Positions 46,989 through 57,671 of a DNA stretch of 64,000 bases are shown one piece after another; position 1 is the stretch's first letter, and each line of letters opens with the position of its first letter. Both the position numbers and the translations under genes were made by a program. The stretch is from a virus. The stretch lies in the IMG/VR virus record IMGVR_UViG_3300020473_000017, one strand, 5' to 3'. The notes beneath the pieces were generated by a model. That model saw nothing but the letters and a program-made list of their open reading frames with translations. It was not told where the DNA came from and made no database searches.

Positions 46989-48455
46989 TTATTTAATTCG
47001 GACATCAATAAATTCATAATCAAAATTTTCTTCATTGTATATCTTCACACGTTCAACAAGATGATTCAAGGTATAGTTTCTTTTAGATCCTTTAGAGATG
47101 TTATCTGCGATGTCGTACAGAACTGCTTTACGATTGTCTAAACCTCGTCTGAGGACTCTTCCAATGGATTGTAGATTTCTAATTCTGGACTTTGAGGGGC
47201 TTGCGAACACGACGTTGTTAAGATTCCTAATGTTGATACCAGTACTAAAAGTCCCATAGCTGGCAACAATGATAGAATCCTTTGTTGTTTCTGCAATCTC
47301 TCTTGCGTTTTCTCGATCTTCAACTTCTACTCCTCCATGGACTAAAAAAACCTGACGGTCTTTCCCTACCTTATTATTTATTAATTCAAATAAAGGCATA
47401 CCATGCCGTTCAACGTAGTTGAACAAGACGAGTGTGTTACCATCTAACTGAGAAACTAGGTTACGTATAAACTTATTCCTTCCTTCATGCTCTACAAGGT
47501 AATCCATTTCCTGTTGATATGAATCAAACTCTTTATCATCATGATTAAGGATTAAAACTTTGATTTCAAATTCAGAAAGGTGTCCTTCTTTAATTAACTT
47601 CTCTGTTCTAGTAACTTTATCAACAGTACCAAATACACCCTCTAATACCAGACGGTTCGTTTGTGTGCCGTCTAAGGTGCCTGTGAACCCCACACGGTAC
47701 TTACAATCGTAAAGCTTATTCATTATACTAGTCAGAGATTTTGCTTTAAAAAGATGAGCTTCATCTCCTATTATAGCACCAAATCTTTCAAAATAAACTT
47801 TAGGTAATTTGTATACTGATTGCCATGTAGTAATAATAACATCCTTATCTGATCTAGGATCAGTACCTGCATATACCTTATGACAATGGTGGTTTGAATC
47901 CCAACCATACTTTTGAAAATCTTTATACATCTGCTCAACGAGAGATGTAGTTGGAACAACTATTAGTGTTCTTATATTCTTTCTCTCCCAAAAACGTGCG
48001 AGAGCATATATCATTAAAGACTTACCAGAACCTGTAGGTGATAAGAGTAACTTTCGTTTATGTCTTAACGCTTCGTATATACCTTTGTACTGATAGTCTC
48101 TAACTTTAAACGGCAGGTTCAGTGATTTTACGAAGTCTCCGATCCCTTGGGGCGTAATGAACTCATCCACTTGCGATGGAAGTCCGTAAAATTCGTTGTC
48201 CCTATGGATGACTTCATACCCCCTTTGCTCGCAAAACGCAATAATATAAGGGAGAAGACCAACATAAATCTCGCCTGTACCTGGGGAGAATAATTTAATT
48301 TTCCCATCCCAAAACCTCTTCTTGTACGCTGACATGAACTTGGCTTGAGGCACTTCAAAAGTAAACTCGTCTGCTAGCTCGTGACCTACATGAGGTTCAC
48401 ATTCAATTGTTAGATAGACTTCGTTCTTCTTCTGTATAATAACATTAGATTTCAT
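46989..48455 (-). CDS. uvsW: UvsW SF2 helicase
   Basis: SPTGSGKS, DEAH, TGT, QSIGRVLR. Confidence 0.95.
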   Translation of the reverse strand: MKSNVIIQKKNEVYLTIECEPHVGHELADEFTFEVPQAKFMSAYKKRFWDGKIKLFSPGTGEIYVGLLPYIIAFCEQRGYEVIHRDNEFYGLPSQVDEFITPQGIGDFVKSLNLPFKVRDYQYKGIYEALRHKRKLLLSPTGSGKSLMIYALARFWERKNIRTLIVVPTTSLVEQMYKDFQKYGWDSNHHCHKVYAGTDPRSDKDVIITTWQSVYKLPKVYFERFGAIIGDEAHLFKAKSLTSIMNKLYDCKYRVGFTGTLDGTQTNRLVLEGVFGTVDKVTRTEKLIKEGHLSEFEIKVLILNHDDKEFDSYQQEMDYLVEHEGRNKFIRNLVSQLDGNTLVLFNYVERHGMPLFELINNKVGKDRQVFLVHGGVEVEDRENAREIAETTKDSIIVASYGTFSTGINIRNLNNVVFASPSKSRIRNLQSIGRVLRRGLDNRKAVLYDIADNISKGSKRNYTLNHLVERVKIYNEENFDYEFIDVRIK

Positions 48456-48858
48456 AACCTTTCAGGAACTTAGCAAACTCAATTGCATTTTTAATATAGA
48501 ATGAACGGTTATTGATCGCTTGTAGAATTGCTTTCAATGCCTCGACCATTTGGTTATAGTACTTTAGCTTAAGAACGGATTTAGAATATTCTTCATCAGA
48601 TTCCAGATAGATTGGAACATCTGTCTTGATGAGTTTAAGGTGAAAAGGTTTCTCCGCTTTACCCGTATAGTACTCCCACCTCTCTCGGTAGGTACGTTTA
48701 CAATCCAACTCACCTTGATCCCGAAGGACAATGAAGTTGTTGTAAAGTCTTAAATATTTAGCATGTAATCTGGGGATCTCTAAACTGTCATGATCTAATT
48801 TTTCATCATTTAGTTGTGAGTCTTTCTCCCACATGTCATTCAAAGTGTCTAGGTTCAT
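48445..48858 (-). CDS. uvsY: UvsY recombination mediator
   Basis: IPRLHAKY, YYTGKA, R.FYIKNAIE; position next to uvsW. Confidence 0.9.
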   Translation of the reverse strand: MNLDTLNDMWEKDSQLNDEKLDHDSLEIPRLHAKYLRLYNNFIVLRDQGELDCKRTYRERWEYYTGKAEKPFHLKLIKTDVPIYLESDEEYSKSVLKLKYYNQMVEALKAILQAINNRSFYIKNAIEFAKFLKGYEI

Positions 48859-49412
48859 ACTTTAAGTCCGTCTTTATCAGTTATCTCGTAGAGTGTATAC
48901 TTGAAGTTAACCTGAGCTGTAAAGTAATTGATGTCAGTTGCAGATGCATCAAACTCTAAAGTGGTTAAACTTGTTGGAAATATATTAAAGAAGTTAATAG
49001 CAGAGATTGTATTATAGTTACTATTCAGAATCAATAAACGAGCATCACTCATTGTTTTCTTAAATTTACCTATCCTACCTTTCTCATCAACTGTATTAAT
49101 ATAATCATAAAACTCTTGCTGCTCTTTAGGGGTAGTAAGTCCCTTCAACCATTTGTAGATTTCATAATAGTTATCAAGATCTTCATTAACTAGGAAACTT
49201 AATTGCAAATCTCCAAACGTCATCTTATCACCAGGAATTGAATAGTCCTTTATTGGTGTCTGTATGTCCCTTACACCAATACTAACTTCAGGTATAGAAG
49301 CCGATTGACAAAAGTAATCTACATTAGGTGTCCTACCAATAACAAATTTAAAACCTACGGGAGATAAAAAGTTTTTGTTAGCAGGAGAGAATAGGGATTG
49401 ATCGTAAGCCAT
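48855..49412 (-). CDS. gp3: Tail tube terminator / sheath stabiliser gp3
   Basis: NFLSPVGF, YFCQ.A.IP, FLVNEDLDNY, FPTSL. Confidence 0.88.
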   Translation of the reverse strand: MAYDQSLFSPANKNFLSPVGFKFVIGRTPNVDYFCQSASIPEVSIGVRDIQTPIKDYSIPGDKMTFGDLQLSFLVNEDLDNYYEIYKWLKGLTTPKEQQEFYDYINTVDEKGRIGKFKKTMSDARLLILNSNYNTISAINFFNIFPTSLTTLEFDASATDINYFTAQVNFKYTLYEITDKDGLKV

Positions 49413-49448
49413 TAGTTCACGCAGGTCTCCGTATTATTTAGAGACATA

Positions 49449-49475
49449 AAAAAAGAGGGTCTTTCGACCCCCTCA
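49449..49475 (-). terminator. Intrinsic terminator
   Basis: GGGGGTC-GAAA-GACCCTC followed by a T run. Confidence 0.8.
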
Positions 49476-49500
49476 AACTAAAAGTTTTCAGTGCATGGTT

Positions 49501-49680
49501 CTAATCGAATACGTTTTTACACATTGATTTGCATGATGCTGGTAAGTCTTCACACTCTATAAGACACTCAAAATAATCATCGATCAAATTTATATCAGCG
49601 TCGTTTTCGCTTAAAGTTGTCATACTACTATCGATACGATTCCAACTGCCTAGTTGATTTTGTGAGACTATGTTGTGCAT
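49501..49680 (-). CDS. Small Cys-rich protein of cyanobacterial/cyanophage type
   Basis: HNIVSQNQL..W...DDYFECLIEC....SCKSMC; strong AAGGAGGT RBS. Confidence 0.8.
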   Translation of the reverse strand: MHNIVSQNQLGSWNRIDSSMTTLSENDADINLIDDYFECLIECEDLPASCKSMCKNVFD

Positions 49681-49768
49681 GTGCACCTCCTTAAATTGAA
49701 CTTCATAATAAAACCATTTGGTTTCATCTTGTTCTCCAATTCTACTATTATGTATGCAAATACTAACC

Positions 49769-49782
49769 GTATTTACCGATAC
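49769..49782 (-). promoter_or_regulatory. NtcA-like box upstream of the Cys-rich gene
   Basis: TGTA-TCGGTAAA-TAC in intergenic DNA. Confidence 0.45.
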
Positions 49783-49822
49783 ATTTTAACAAAAAGAAAT
49801 GCCTACGAGATTATACCTAGAC

Positions 49823-49850
49823 AAAAAAAGAGACCCCGTAGGGTCTCTTT
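49823..49850 (-). terminator. Intrinsic terminator after gp23
   Basis: AAAGAGACCC-TACG-GGGTCTCTTT followed by a T run. Confidence 0.85.
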
Positions 49851-49872
49851 GAAAGTATGTATATCCCGTGGA

Positions 49873-51243
49873 TTACATGAGGTTTGCAACTTTAACTCTT
49901 CTGTAGTAAGCGTTAGCGTTGAGGTTACCAGCTGCCTGTGGATCTGAATCAGATAGAGCAGCAAGTCCCTTAGCAAATGGGTTAAGAACCATTCCGTAAC
50001 GAGTTTTAAACCCGATACGTGGTTGGAATGAATCCTGACCAATCGCTCTGTACATCTGGAGAGGTACATAAGGACAGTAGAATAATCCAGCATCGTATGC
50101 GTTGGATCCTTTATAACCTACAACGTAGTACTGATCAGAACTTACGTTTGCAGAATATGGGTCAATGTAGACCTTGAAGCGTCCGTTGAGTGTTCCAACG
50201 AAAGTGTTGCCTGTGTCATCAACTTCGCCAAGTCCACCAGTAGCACCAGTGATACCTGAATCGTAGTCAAGGATACCAGACATAGCAAGAGCAGAAGCTA
50301 CATCAGCAGATGTGATGATAACGTTGCCCTTCCCGCGACGAGTTTCCTGCGCGATTGCGTTAGCGTCTCTTTCGATTTGGAAGAGTAGACCTTTGAATTT
50401 CTCAACAGACCATCTACCATTACTGTCAACGTCAAGGTCGAATACACCTTGGTTTGCTACGTTTGCCTGAGCACCTGGCTTAGCACCACGGTAAACAGTA
50501 CGTACAACTTCACGGTTGATTTCAGCAAGGATCTCTGTTGAAAGAATGTTTGCTAGTTCAGACTCGGCATCTAATCCGTGGATTGCTTTCAAGTCTTGAG
50601 CAAGTTCAACTGAGTAGTCAGCTCTTAGCGCACGACCTTTTGCTTCTACAGCAATACGGTCTATGCTAAATGCCATCTCCATGAAGGCATTACCAGCTGT
50701 ACCATCGCCTAGTCCTTCAAGATCGCCAGTAGAGAACTTGCTAGAAGCAAGGTCATAGTTAGTGGATGTTGTACCACCACCAGTTGCGTCGTTGATAAGA
50801 CCTGGGTTTTTCTCAGTGGTAGCTGTAGGAGGTGTTCCACCCTTAGTACCAGAGAACTGTGCATCTGGCTCATCGAAGAATGCTTCGTTACCAGCCTGAT
50901 TGGTGTAACGAGAACGCATTGCGAAAATAAGTCCAGTTGGACCTGACATAGGCTGAACGCCAGCGATGTCATAAGCAATTAGCTTAGGCATAGCACGACG
51001 GATCAAGCTGATGAGGATAGGGTCGAAACCATATACAGCACCAGAACCTGTTGTCTGAGTGTTGATAGGACCAACGTTTGTTGGTGCCTCTGTAAGAACG
51101 GCACGTTCTTCTTGTAGTGCCTTCTCTTGGTTCTCCAAGAGGATGGCGGTTACCGACTTACGATAGTTGTCCTTAATTTCAGGAAGACCATCATGGTTAA
51201 GTACTGGTGCCCACTTCTCTTGGAGTTGTTCTGCATTAAACAT
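49873..51243 (-). CDS. gp23: Major capsid protein gp23
   Basis: KWAPVL, LENQE, FDPILISLIRR, GVQPM.GPTG, ELAQDLKAIHGLDAE, YCPYVPL, KTRYG. Confidence 0.98.
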   Translation of the reverse strand: MFNAEQLQEKWAPVLNHDGLPEIKDNYRKSVTAILLENQEKALQEERAVLTEAPTNVGPINTQTTGSGAVYGFDPILISLIRRAMPKLIAYDIAGVQPMSGPTGLIFAMRSRYTNQAGNEAFFDEPDAQFSGTKGGTPPTATTEKNPGLINDATGGGTTSTNYDLASSKFSTGDLEGLGDGTAGNAFMEMAFSIDRIAVEAKGRALRADYSVELAQDLKAIHGLDAESELANILSTEILAEINREVVRTVYRGAKPGAQANVANQGVFDLDVDSNGRWSVEKFKGLLFQIERDANAIAQETRRGKGNVIITSADVASALAMSGILDYDSGITGATGGLGEVDDTGNTFVGTLNGRFKVYIDPYSANVSSDQYYVVGYKGSNAYDAGLFYCPYVPLQMYRAIGQDSFQPRIGFKTRYGMVLNPFAKGLAALSDSDPQAAGNLNANAYYRRVKVANLM

Positions 51244-51281
51244 GCTAGATACTCCGAATTTGTTTTTTGGGTTTACAGTTT

Positions 51282-52340
51282 TTAAAGTCTCTTAGCTAAT
51301 TCAGCGACATAAGATGTCATTGATTCACTAAGTTGCTTTTCAACTTTTGCTTGTGGCTCTTCAGTAGAGATTTCTTCTGCTACTTCAGGTGTCTTAGCAC
51401 CAAAGTAACTCTCTTTGATTTGTCCAAGCTTTTCACGATACGTCTCTTCTGATTTGAACTCGACTGCTTCGGCTAGAGAGGTAAACTTGTCCTTCTGAAC
51501 TTCTGCAAGTCCTCTGGATAGTTCTGTCAAAATCTCATTCTTACGATAGGTAGATACCTTCTCATGCAGTCCGACGTTCTTCTCAACTTGTTCGTTAAGA
51601 CGGGTCTCCATTTCATCAAGTTTCTCGCTCATATCAGCGACTGCATCAAGCTTCTCATCTGGAAGATTGATGTTGCTTTCAATGAACAATTTCTTTAATC
51701 CATCCATGAATGCCTCTGTTACTTCTGAACGGAGTCCTTTCTCGATAGCGAGTTCGTTCTCGGACATCCATTCCTCAGTGGCATACTGTAGGAAATTCTC
51801 TACGCGACCAGCGAACTCTTCTTTGATCTTTTCGAGTTCTTCACCAATTCTGGTCTCTGCGGTTTCCTTAAGTCCAGCGACTTGCTCTTGTACCTTTGCG
51901 TGTACAGCAGCTTCAAATACAGTCGTTGCTTTCTTTTGGAATTCTTCGTCAAGATCGGCACCTGCAAGAATTGCACTGATGTCTTCTTTGACTTCTGTTT
52001 CGGAGATTGTGTCTCCTTCCTTTTCTACATCATCAAAGATCTTAGCGGAAAGTCCACCTGGAAGACTAGGTGAAGCACCACTTGGCTTTGTTTGAATTGT
52101 AGAATCTTTTGTTGCACCTACAGGAGCAGCCGCTTTAGCACCAACATTTTCTGGTCCTTCTGGCTTCTCTTTTGTGCTTCCACCTACTTCGATAGCATCG
52201 TTTTTTAGGTCGGATTTCTGTTGAGGTACTGCGCCTTTCTTGATGGCTGCATCGCCGACTGCGGCATCTTCCTCGATTTTTTCAGCTGGAGCTTTGCTTT
52301 CGGCAATCACCTTCTGAAATTTTTCATCAATACTTGACAT
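51282..52340 (-). CDS. gp22: Prohead core scaffold protein gp22
   Basis: Acidic coiled coil, EEF..KA..VFEAAV, EEWM.ENELAIE.GL; gene position. Confidence 0.93.
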   Translation of the reverse strand: MSSIDEKFQKVIAESKAPAEKIEEDAAVGDAAIKKGAVPQQKSDLKNDAIEVGGSTKEKPEGPENVGAKAAAPVGATKDSTIQTKPSGASPSLPGGLSAKIFDDVEKEGDTISETEVKEDISAILAGADLDEEFQKKATTVFEAAVHAKVQEQVAGLKETAETRIGEELEKIKEEFAGRVENFLQYATEEWMSENELAIEKGLRSEVTEAFMDGLKKLFIESNINLPDEKLDAVADMSEKLDEMETRLNEQVEKNVGLHEKVSTYRKNEILTELSRGLAEVQKDKFTSLAEAVEFKSEETYREKLGQIKESYFGAKTPEVAEEISTEEPQAKVEKQLSESMTSYVAELAKRL

Positions 52341-52387
52341 TTAAGTAACTCCTTACTGGATAATTAGACGGGGTAATTTCTATAATT

Positions 52388-52395
52388 TATTTATA
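52388..52395 (-). promoter_or_regulatory. T4-type late promoter
   Basis: TATAAATA upstream of gp22. Confidence 0.75.
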
Positions 52396-52397
52396 AA

Positions 52398-53048
52398 TCA
52401 CAGACTTCTGAGAAGTTGATTGAAAGCGCGGAGCTTTCTCTCAGCAAGTTCTTGCGATGAGGGAGCGTTATCAAGGGATTCCTTGACAGCTTCTAATTGT
52501 GCTTCTTTAATCTTACCATCAACTAAAGTCCACTCTTTACCTTCATAGATACCTTCAACAAAAGCATCAGGTGCAGAAGGGTCAGCAACTATATCTGCTG
52601 CTGTAGATAGGATAAAGTCGTCGGCGACTACAGATGTAGCACCCTCTTTTTTAAGAGAGCCTAAACCTCTAGAAGAAACACCAAGTTGTACCCCTTCCTC
52701 AAGCAAGTTCTTTGCGATCTTACCCATTGGGGTTTCTAACAACTTTGCCTTACCCACGAAGTTTTTACCTTCAGGAGTAAGTTCAACGATCTTATGGGAA
52801 ACGCGATCCAAATTAATTGTTGGACCTTCAGGATGACCAAGTTCTCCGAGTGCTCTTCCGCGTTGGATGAACTCCTCATTGTACTTGTTTACCTCACGAG
52901 CCATGGTATCGTACTTATACATACGACCATTGCGATTGGTGATCTCGGTCTGTAAAAACACACCCTTAATGTAGGTATCCTTCTTACCGTCTTTGTCTTC
53001 GGTAAGAACTTCTACAGGTTCAATTTGTTCCGTGATCAGTTTCATCAT
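52398..53048 (-). CDS. gp21: Prohead protease gp21
   Basis: MKLITE, NRNGR.Y, ALGELGHP, GVSSRGLGS, DIVADPSAPDA. Confidence 0.96.
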   Translation of the reverse strand: MMKLITEQIEPVEVLTEDKDGKKDTYIKGVFLQTEITNRNGRMYKYDTMAREVNKYNEEFIQRGRALGELGHPEGPTINLDRVSHKIVELTPEGKNFVGKAKLLETPMGKIAKNLLEEGVQLGVSSRGLGSLKKEGATSVVADDFILSTAADIVADPSAPDAFVEGIYEGKEWTLVDGKIKEAQLEAVKESLDNAPSSQELAERKLRAFNQLLRSL

Positions 53049-53325
53049 CGTTTTCCTTTGCTTCGTTGTCATCTGGATTGCGGTTAATCACATCTGCCAT
53101 TTCCTCTGGTGAAGCTTCACCTTCTGGTGGTAGACCTGTTTCCCTAGAATTCACATTACCTTCATCAGGAACATGCGGGAACATGCGATTAGCAATATCC
53201 AATTTGCTGGCATCAACGGACGCGGCCGCCTTTACCTGCAACATGTCTTTGAGTTTGTCCAGAGCAGCAGCATCCTGCCCTCCGTCCCAAAGTAAATCAA
53301 CGATTTCTCGTTCTTGTGTAGCCAT
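53020..53325 (-). CDS. Small acidic prohead-core-region protein (gp67/68 position)
   Basis: Acidic 101 aa ORF between the portal and protease genes. Confidence 0.65.
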   Translation of the reverse strand: MATQEREIVDLLWDGGQDAAALDKLKDMLQVKAAASVDASKLDIANRMFPHVPDEGNVNSRETGLPPEGEASPEEMADVINRNPDDNEAKENDDETDHGTN

Positions 53326-53345
53326 AATGTAACGTTGTCTAAGAT

Positions 53346-54959
53346 TTATTTATTACCGTTTGCTTTTTGAGGCGCGGGTTTGAGTGCTTGCTTGGTCTGA
53401 GCCTTCTTCAATTCTATGTCTTGTTCCGCGCTAGCCTGGTCGGTTTCCATGCTCTGAACGTCCATTGCAAGTAGATCTGAAGGTGCCAATGCAAGTCCAT
53501 TCTTGATATCATCAGCCATCTCTCCATCTATTTCTTCTATCTCAGTTTCAGTCTGACCAAGAATCTGAGTACGGATATATTCCGTAGAGAAGTACTTACC
53601 AACAAAAGGATCCATAGCAGCAATGACATTTAATTTCTCATTCATCATCTCAAGATTTTTAAGTTCCGTGAAATGATTATCATAGAGATAGTCATATTGA
53701 ATATGCTCCTTCATGTCTTCCCAATCTTCAGGAGTAATAACACCCTTAAGAATGAGTTGAGTCTTTAGAGTATCTTGGAAGATATCACTAAACTTCTTGC
53801 GGAGTTTTCCTACAAACTTAGTGAACTTCAGTTCATCTCTAGTGATTTCTGAAGATCTACCAAGGTTAAATGATGTCTGAGAATCTAATCTACCAGCAGG
53901 AACATTTAACGCTTTGTAAAGTTTTGTTTGGAAATATTGCACGTCTGTAAGCTCTCCAAGGTTTTGACCCCCTGGAAGTGTGGTAATTTCCGTTCCTCTA
54001 CCACCTTCACGGCGAGGTAACCAGAAATCTTCCATCATAGACATGTATTTACGATCATCTCTGATCTCACCAGTAGCAGCATCGTATACTAATTTGTTAC
54101 GATACCTACCCATAACTTCACGAAGGTACTGTTCCGCTTTAACTTTCGGAAGATTACCTACGTCAATATAAAATATTCTACGCTCTGGTGCACGAGATAT
54201 ACGATAGATGACCAAAGAATCTTCAATCATTCTAAGTTGATTGAGTACTTTGATACCTTTGTGCAAATAAGATAATACAATATTTCTATTGGTATCCATG
54301 ATACCAGAAGTAATATAGGTTATTGCATCCTTTGCAATCTTGATTCCACTATTAGCAGATGTGTTATTCAACCCTTTAGGATTGTATATGAAGTATTCTT
54401 CTGACTTACCAAAGTCATACTTCATAAATTCATCTGCAGTTTTAGGTTTATTAATCTGCCTTACTTTCTTAATCTTTGAAGGATCAACATAACGAACCTC
54501 AAGAATACCATCTTGGGGTGCATCTAAATTGATTACCTTATGATAATATAAACGCCCATCAATGTACCATCTACGGAACATCTCATGGGCTTTACTATCA
54601 AATGCAAATAAGTTTTTAATATAATCAAACTCTGTACGAATCATCCCCTTAACACTTTCGCTAACTTCGAGGTTATCTAAGTTAACTTGTACAGGACTAT
54701 CGTTCTTGTCAGCAACGATTGCTTCATGGATAATATCTTCGATAGCTGAATCCACTTCAGGATGCATCGCCATCTCACGATATTTTTTCACCATATCGTA
54801 CTCGGTCTTGAAGTTACCGTCTAGATCAAGATACTGACCATAGTAACCACCCGCAATAAAACTGGTTGCGCCGTCCTCGCTTGAAGGGGCAATTGGAGAA
54901 GGAGCTCTGTCCTTCTCCTGAACCTTCTTCTTAAACGAGAAACCGAATAACTCTGCCAT
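53346..54959 (-). CDS. gp20: Portal vertex protein gp20
   Basis: LFGF, RRWYIDGR, YRISRAPERRIFYIDVGN, EDFWLPRREGGRGTEI. Confidence 0.97.
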   Translation of the reverse strand: MAELFGFSFKKKVQEKDRAPSPIAPSSEDGATSFIAGGYYGQYLDLDGNFKTEYDMVKKYREMAMHPEVDSAIEDIIHEAIVADKNDSPVQVNLDNLEVSESVKGMIRTEFDYIKNLFAFDSKAHEMFRRWYIDGRLYYHKVINLDAPQDGILEVRYVDPSKIKKVRQINKPKTADEFMKYDFGKSEEYFIYNPKGLNNTSANSGIKIAKDAITYITSGIMDTNRNIVLSYLHKGIKVLNQLRMIEDSLVIYRISRAPERRIFYIDVGNLPKVKAEQYLREVMGRYRNKLVYDAATGEIRDDRKYMSMMEDFWLPRREGGRGTEITTLPGGQNLGELTDVQYFQTKLYKALNVPAGRLDSQTSFNLGRSSEITRDELKFTKFVGKLRKKFSDIFQDTLKTQLILKGVITPEDWEDMKEHIQYDYLYDNHFTELKNLEMMNEKLNVIAAMDPFVGKYFSTEYIRTQILGQTETEIEEIDGEMADDIKNGLALAPSDLLAMDVQSMETDQASAEQDIELKKAQTKQALKPAPQKANGNK

Positions 54960-54996
54960 AATATTTTTGGTTTCTGCTTACCTACTATTTAGTCGC

Positions 54997-55599
54997 TTAA
55001 CCAGGGTCTGTTTCAGCGGAAACTAAATTAACTCCATCACCATCCTTAGTGACGTGGTATTGATATGCAAACTCAACATCAAATTCTTCATAAGAATCGT
55101 TGTTGTCATATGCAACAGAAATTTGAGAAACACTTACAGGCCATGCTCCTATCAAATCATAGGAACGAATGACTTTTAGTGCATCCGCACTGCTGAACTT
55201 ATCAAGTTGTGAAACAGTAATCTTTTGGAATGTTGCAGCGATGTCTGCTTCTGCTAGGTTAGCATCTACAGCATTTGTTAATGAGATCCACTTCTCATAA
55301 GCGGCACGCATCTTAAATGCATCATCGTTGTAGAATGTTCCAGTCCATGTCTCGTAAGTTCTGTCACCAGGAACTTTTACGACACGACCACGGAAAGGAA
55401 GTTCAACTGTTCCAACATTAGTTGCAGGTAATGCAGCAGACTTACACATAAATTGTACTGGATCGGAATCAGCACCTCTAATTACAGGTGCTGTAACTCC
55501 ACCAGGCCAACCATGTGTAACTGAAAAGAGGTTAGGGCGAACACCACCTCTTATAGCTTCCTGAAAACTTAGTAGCCCTAGTTTGGTTGCTTCAGCCAT
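54997..55599 (-). CDS. gp19: Tail tube protein gp19
   Basis: GGVRPNLF, ALPA, FRGR..KVPGDRT..TW, EEF.VEF. Confidence 0.95.
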   Translation of the reverse strand: MAEATKLGLLSFQEAIRGGVRPNLFSVTHGWPGGVTAPVIRGADSDPVQFMCKSAALPATNVGTVELPFRGRVVKVPGDRTYETWTGTFYNDDAFKMRAAYEKWISLTNAVDANLAEADIAATFQKITVSQLDKFSSADALKVIRSYDLIGAWPVSVSQISVAYDNNDSYEEFDVEFAYQYHVTKDGDGVNLVSAETDPG

Positions 55600-55624
55600 T
55601 TTCTTTTAATACTCCTTAATTAAT

Positions 55625-57631
55625 TTAGCGTTTGGGGACGACTTCTTCAAAGCTAACACCAGTACGGGTAGCGATAAAGGTCAATGTGATAAAGTTGATC
55701 GAGCGTGCTGGCTTGATGTAGAAATCAGCCTTAAACTCGTTAGCGTCAATGATTGCACCAGTATTATTGGTACTATCACAAACAACCAAGAAGTCAGTGA
55801 TACCTCTTTCGGCTTGAATGCCTCTAAGATATGGTTCAACAACATTCTTAAAGTTGTTACGAGTGAACTCGTCATTAAGTTCAAAAAGAACCCCCTTCGC
55901 AGCGTTACCGATTGTCTTCTCTATCACGTTGAAAAGACGGCGAACGTTAATGCGATCAAAAGCAGATGGTGAAGCGAGAGCAGTTTTGTCTCCGAACAGG
56001 ATGATACCCTGACCAGGAAGAGAAGTAACTGGGTTAATTCTATTCTGATAGAGTTTATCTCTCTCTGTTCTTGTTGGTGAGAATGCAAGTTTAACAGCAT
56101 TCTTGATTGCACCACGATTCAAACCAGCAGGTGAGAACCAAGGCAATCCATTAGCAGTAGTAGCGGCACATAATCCTGCTGTGTCTCCATTGCAGGGAAC
56201 GTAACGATACTTGTCACTAAATCTGTCGTAGACATACTTCCAAGTATTGTCAAACACACCGAATGATGTTGCTTGAAGTGTATCGTAGAAGTCAACTACG
56301 TTTTGTGTTTGTGTTGCAGAGCTTGTTACTCCAACAACATCTCCTCTATATGGTGAGAGGAATGCGATACAATCTTTACGAGCAGAAGCAATTGTTAATG
56401 CAGCAGCTGCAACAGCCTTTGTATTAGTCTTTGCAGATGCACTACTTCCAGTATCTCCTGGACCTGCCAGTAGATAATCGATCATGATTGTTTCAGGATC
56501 AGCAAACTCTTGCATTGCTGAAATGATTTCTCCAGATGTCGCACCACCTGATTCAGCACCTTTTGCCAAGGTGTAAGATCTTCCACCGATTAAGTCAAAT
56601 GCAGTTGTGCTATCATTACCAGCATTATTAGTACCAGCAATGTTACCAGTAGCTAGTTGATTAGCACTTACATCATAAAGATCAGTAGCTTCATGAGATC
56701 CCCAGTATACCCAATTGGATTTATCTAGGAAAACTTGTGGATAGTAATTACCAGATCCTTCAGATGTCTTACCGTTATTTGCTTTAGACAAATAAGTAAA
56801 CTTCTCAAGAACTGTATTTGGAACTCCGCTGATATCGCCTGTTCCGTCATATACTACTACATGAACTTCATCATTAGATCCACCACGAGCAGCTACGTAA
56901 GGAGAAGTTCCAGGACGAGGACCGATTGAACTCCAGTTAAGACCTGTGAAGACTTCTTGCTCATCATACCAAGGAGCTTTTGCTGTGACGTTGAGGTCGG
57001 TAACACCGTTCTCAATGAGGTCAGTTGCAATCCAAGTGTCAGAAGTAATTATGGATACTTTATTATTAGCAGCATCCCAATCGAAAATGTACCCAGATTT
57101 AGCACCGTTGGGGCTAGCAGAGGCAGTGGTTATTTGGGTACCTACTGTTGTTGTTCCTAATGCACCGTCAAGTGTTAGAGTAATGTCAGCACCAGCATCT
57201 ATAGTTGCAACTCTCAGAGAGTTTTGCTCTGTTCCTATATTTCTTGATGCCCACTTGAATGCATTATTACCTGCATCGAAATAGGTTGCTTCATATACAT
57301 CCTTAGTTGGAATTGAAAGAAGGTATGGAGAAGTCGTACTGTCGTCTGAAGCACTTAGTTGTCCTGAAGTAGATGCTCTAACTACATCCACTACTCCACC
57401 GTATGATAGGAAACTTGCAGCAGTCCACCATGTTTCTGCGTTTGCATCAGTGGGTTCACCGAAGGTTTCAATTAATTGAGCTTCTGTTGATATGCGTATC
57501 GGTGTCAGTACTGGTCCTTTTGTGAAGGCCCCAGCAATAGCTCCTACGTTTACGTCAACGGTCTCAATCGAACCAATAGTCAGATCCCTTTCCTGGATCT
57601 CAACTCCTGGCGATAAGAGCGTGCTAGCCAT
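55625..57631 (-). CDS. gp18: Tail sheath protein gp18
   Basis: SPGV...E.DLT, WFSPAG.NRG, FDRINVRRLF, KPARSINFI. Confidence 0.96.
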   Translation of the reverse strand: MASTLLSPGVEIQERDLTIGSIETVDVNVGAIAGAFTKGPVLTPIRISTEAQLIETFGEPTDANAETWWTAASFLSYGGVVDVVRASTSGQLSASDDSTTSPYLLSIPTKDVYEATYFDAGNNAFKWASRNIGTEQNSLRVATIDAGADITLTLDGALGTTTVGTQITTASASPNGAKSGYIFDWDAANNKVSIITSDTWIATDLIENGVTDLNVTAKAPWYDEQEVFTGLNWSSIGPRPGTSPYVAARGGSNDEVHVVVYDGTGDISGVPNTVLEKFTYLSKANNGKTSEGSGNYYPQVFLDKSNWVYWGSHEATDLYDVSANQLATGNIAGTNNAGNDSTTAFDLIGGRSYTLAKGAESGGATSGEIISAMQEFADPETIMIDYLLAGPGDTGSSASAKTNTKAVAAAALTIASARKDCIAFLSPYRGDVVGVTSSATQTQNVVDFYDTLQATSFGVFDNTWKYVYDRFSDKYRYVPCNGDTAGLCAATTANGLPWFSPAGLNRGAIKNAVKLAFSPTRTERDKLYQNRINPVTSLPGQGIILFGDKTALASPSAFDRINVRRLFNVIEKTIGNAAKGVLFELNDEFTRNNFKNVVEPYLRGIQAERGITDFLVVCDSTNNTGAIIDANEFKADFYIKPARSINFITLTFIATRTGVSFEEVVPKR

Positions 57632-57671
57632 GCGTTTTACTCCTGATGATAAATCAATTTTTGTCTAATAT

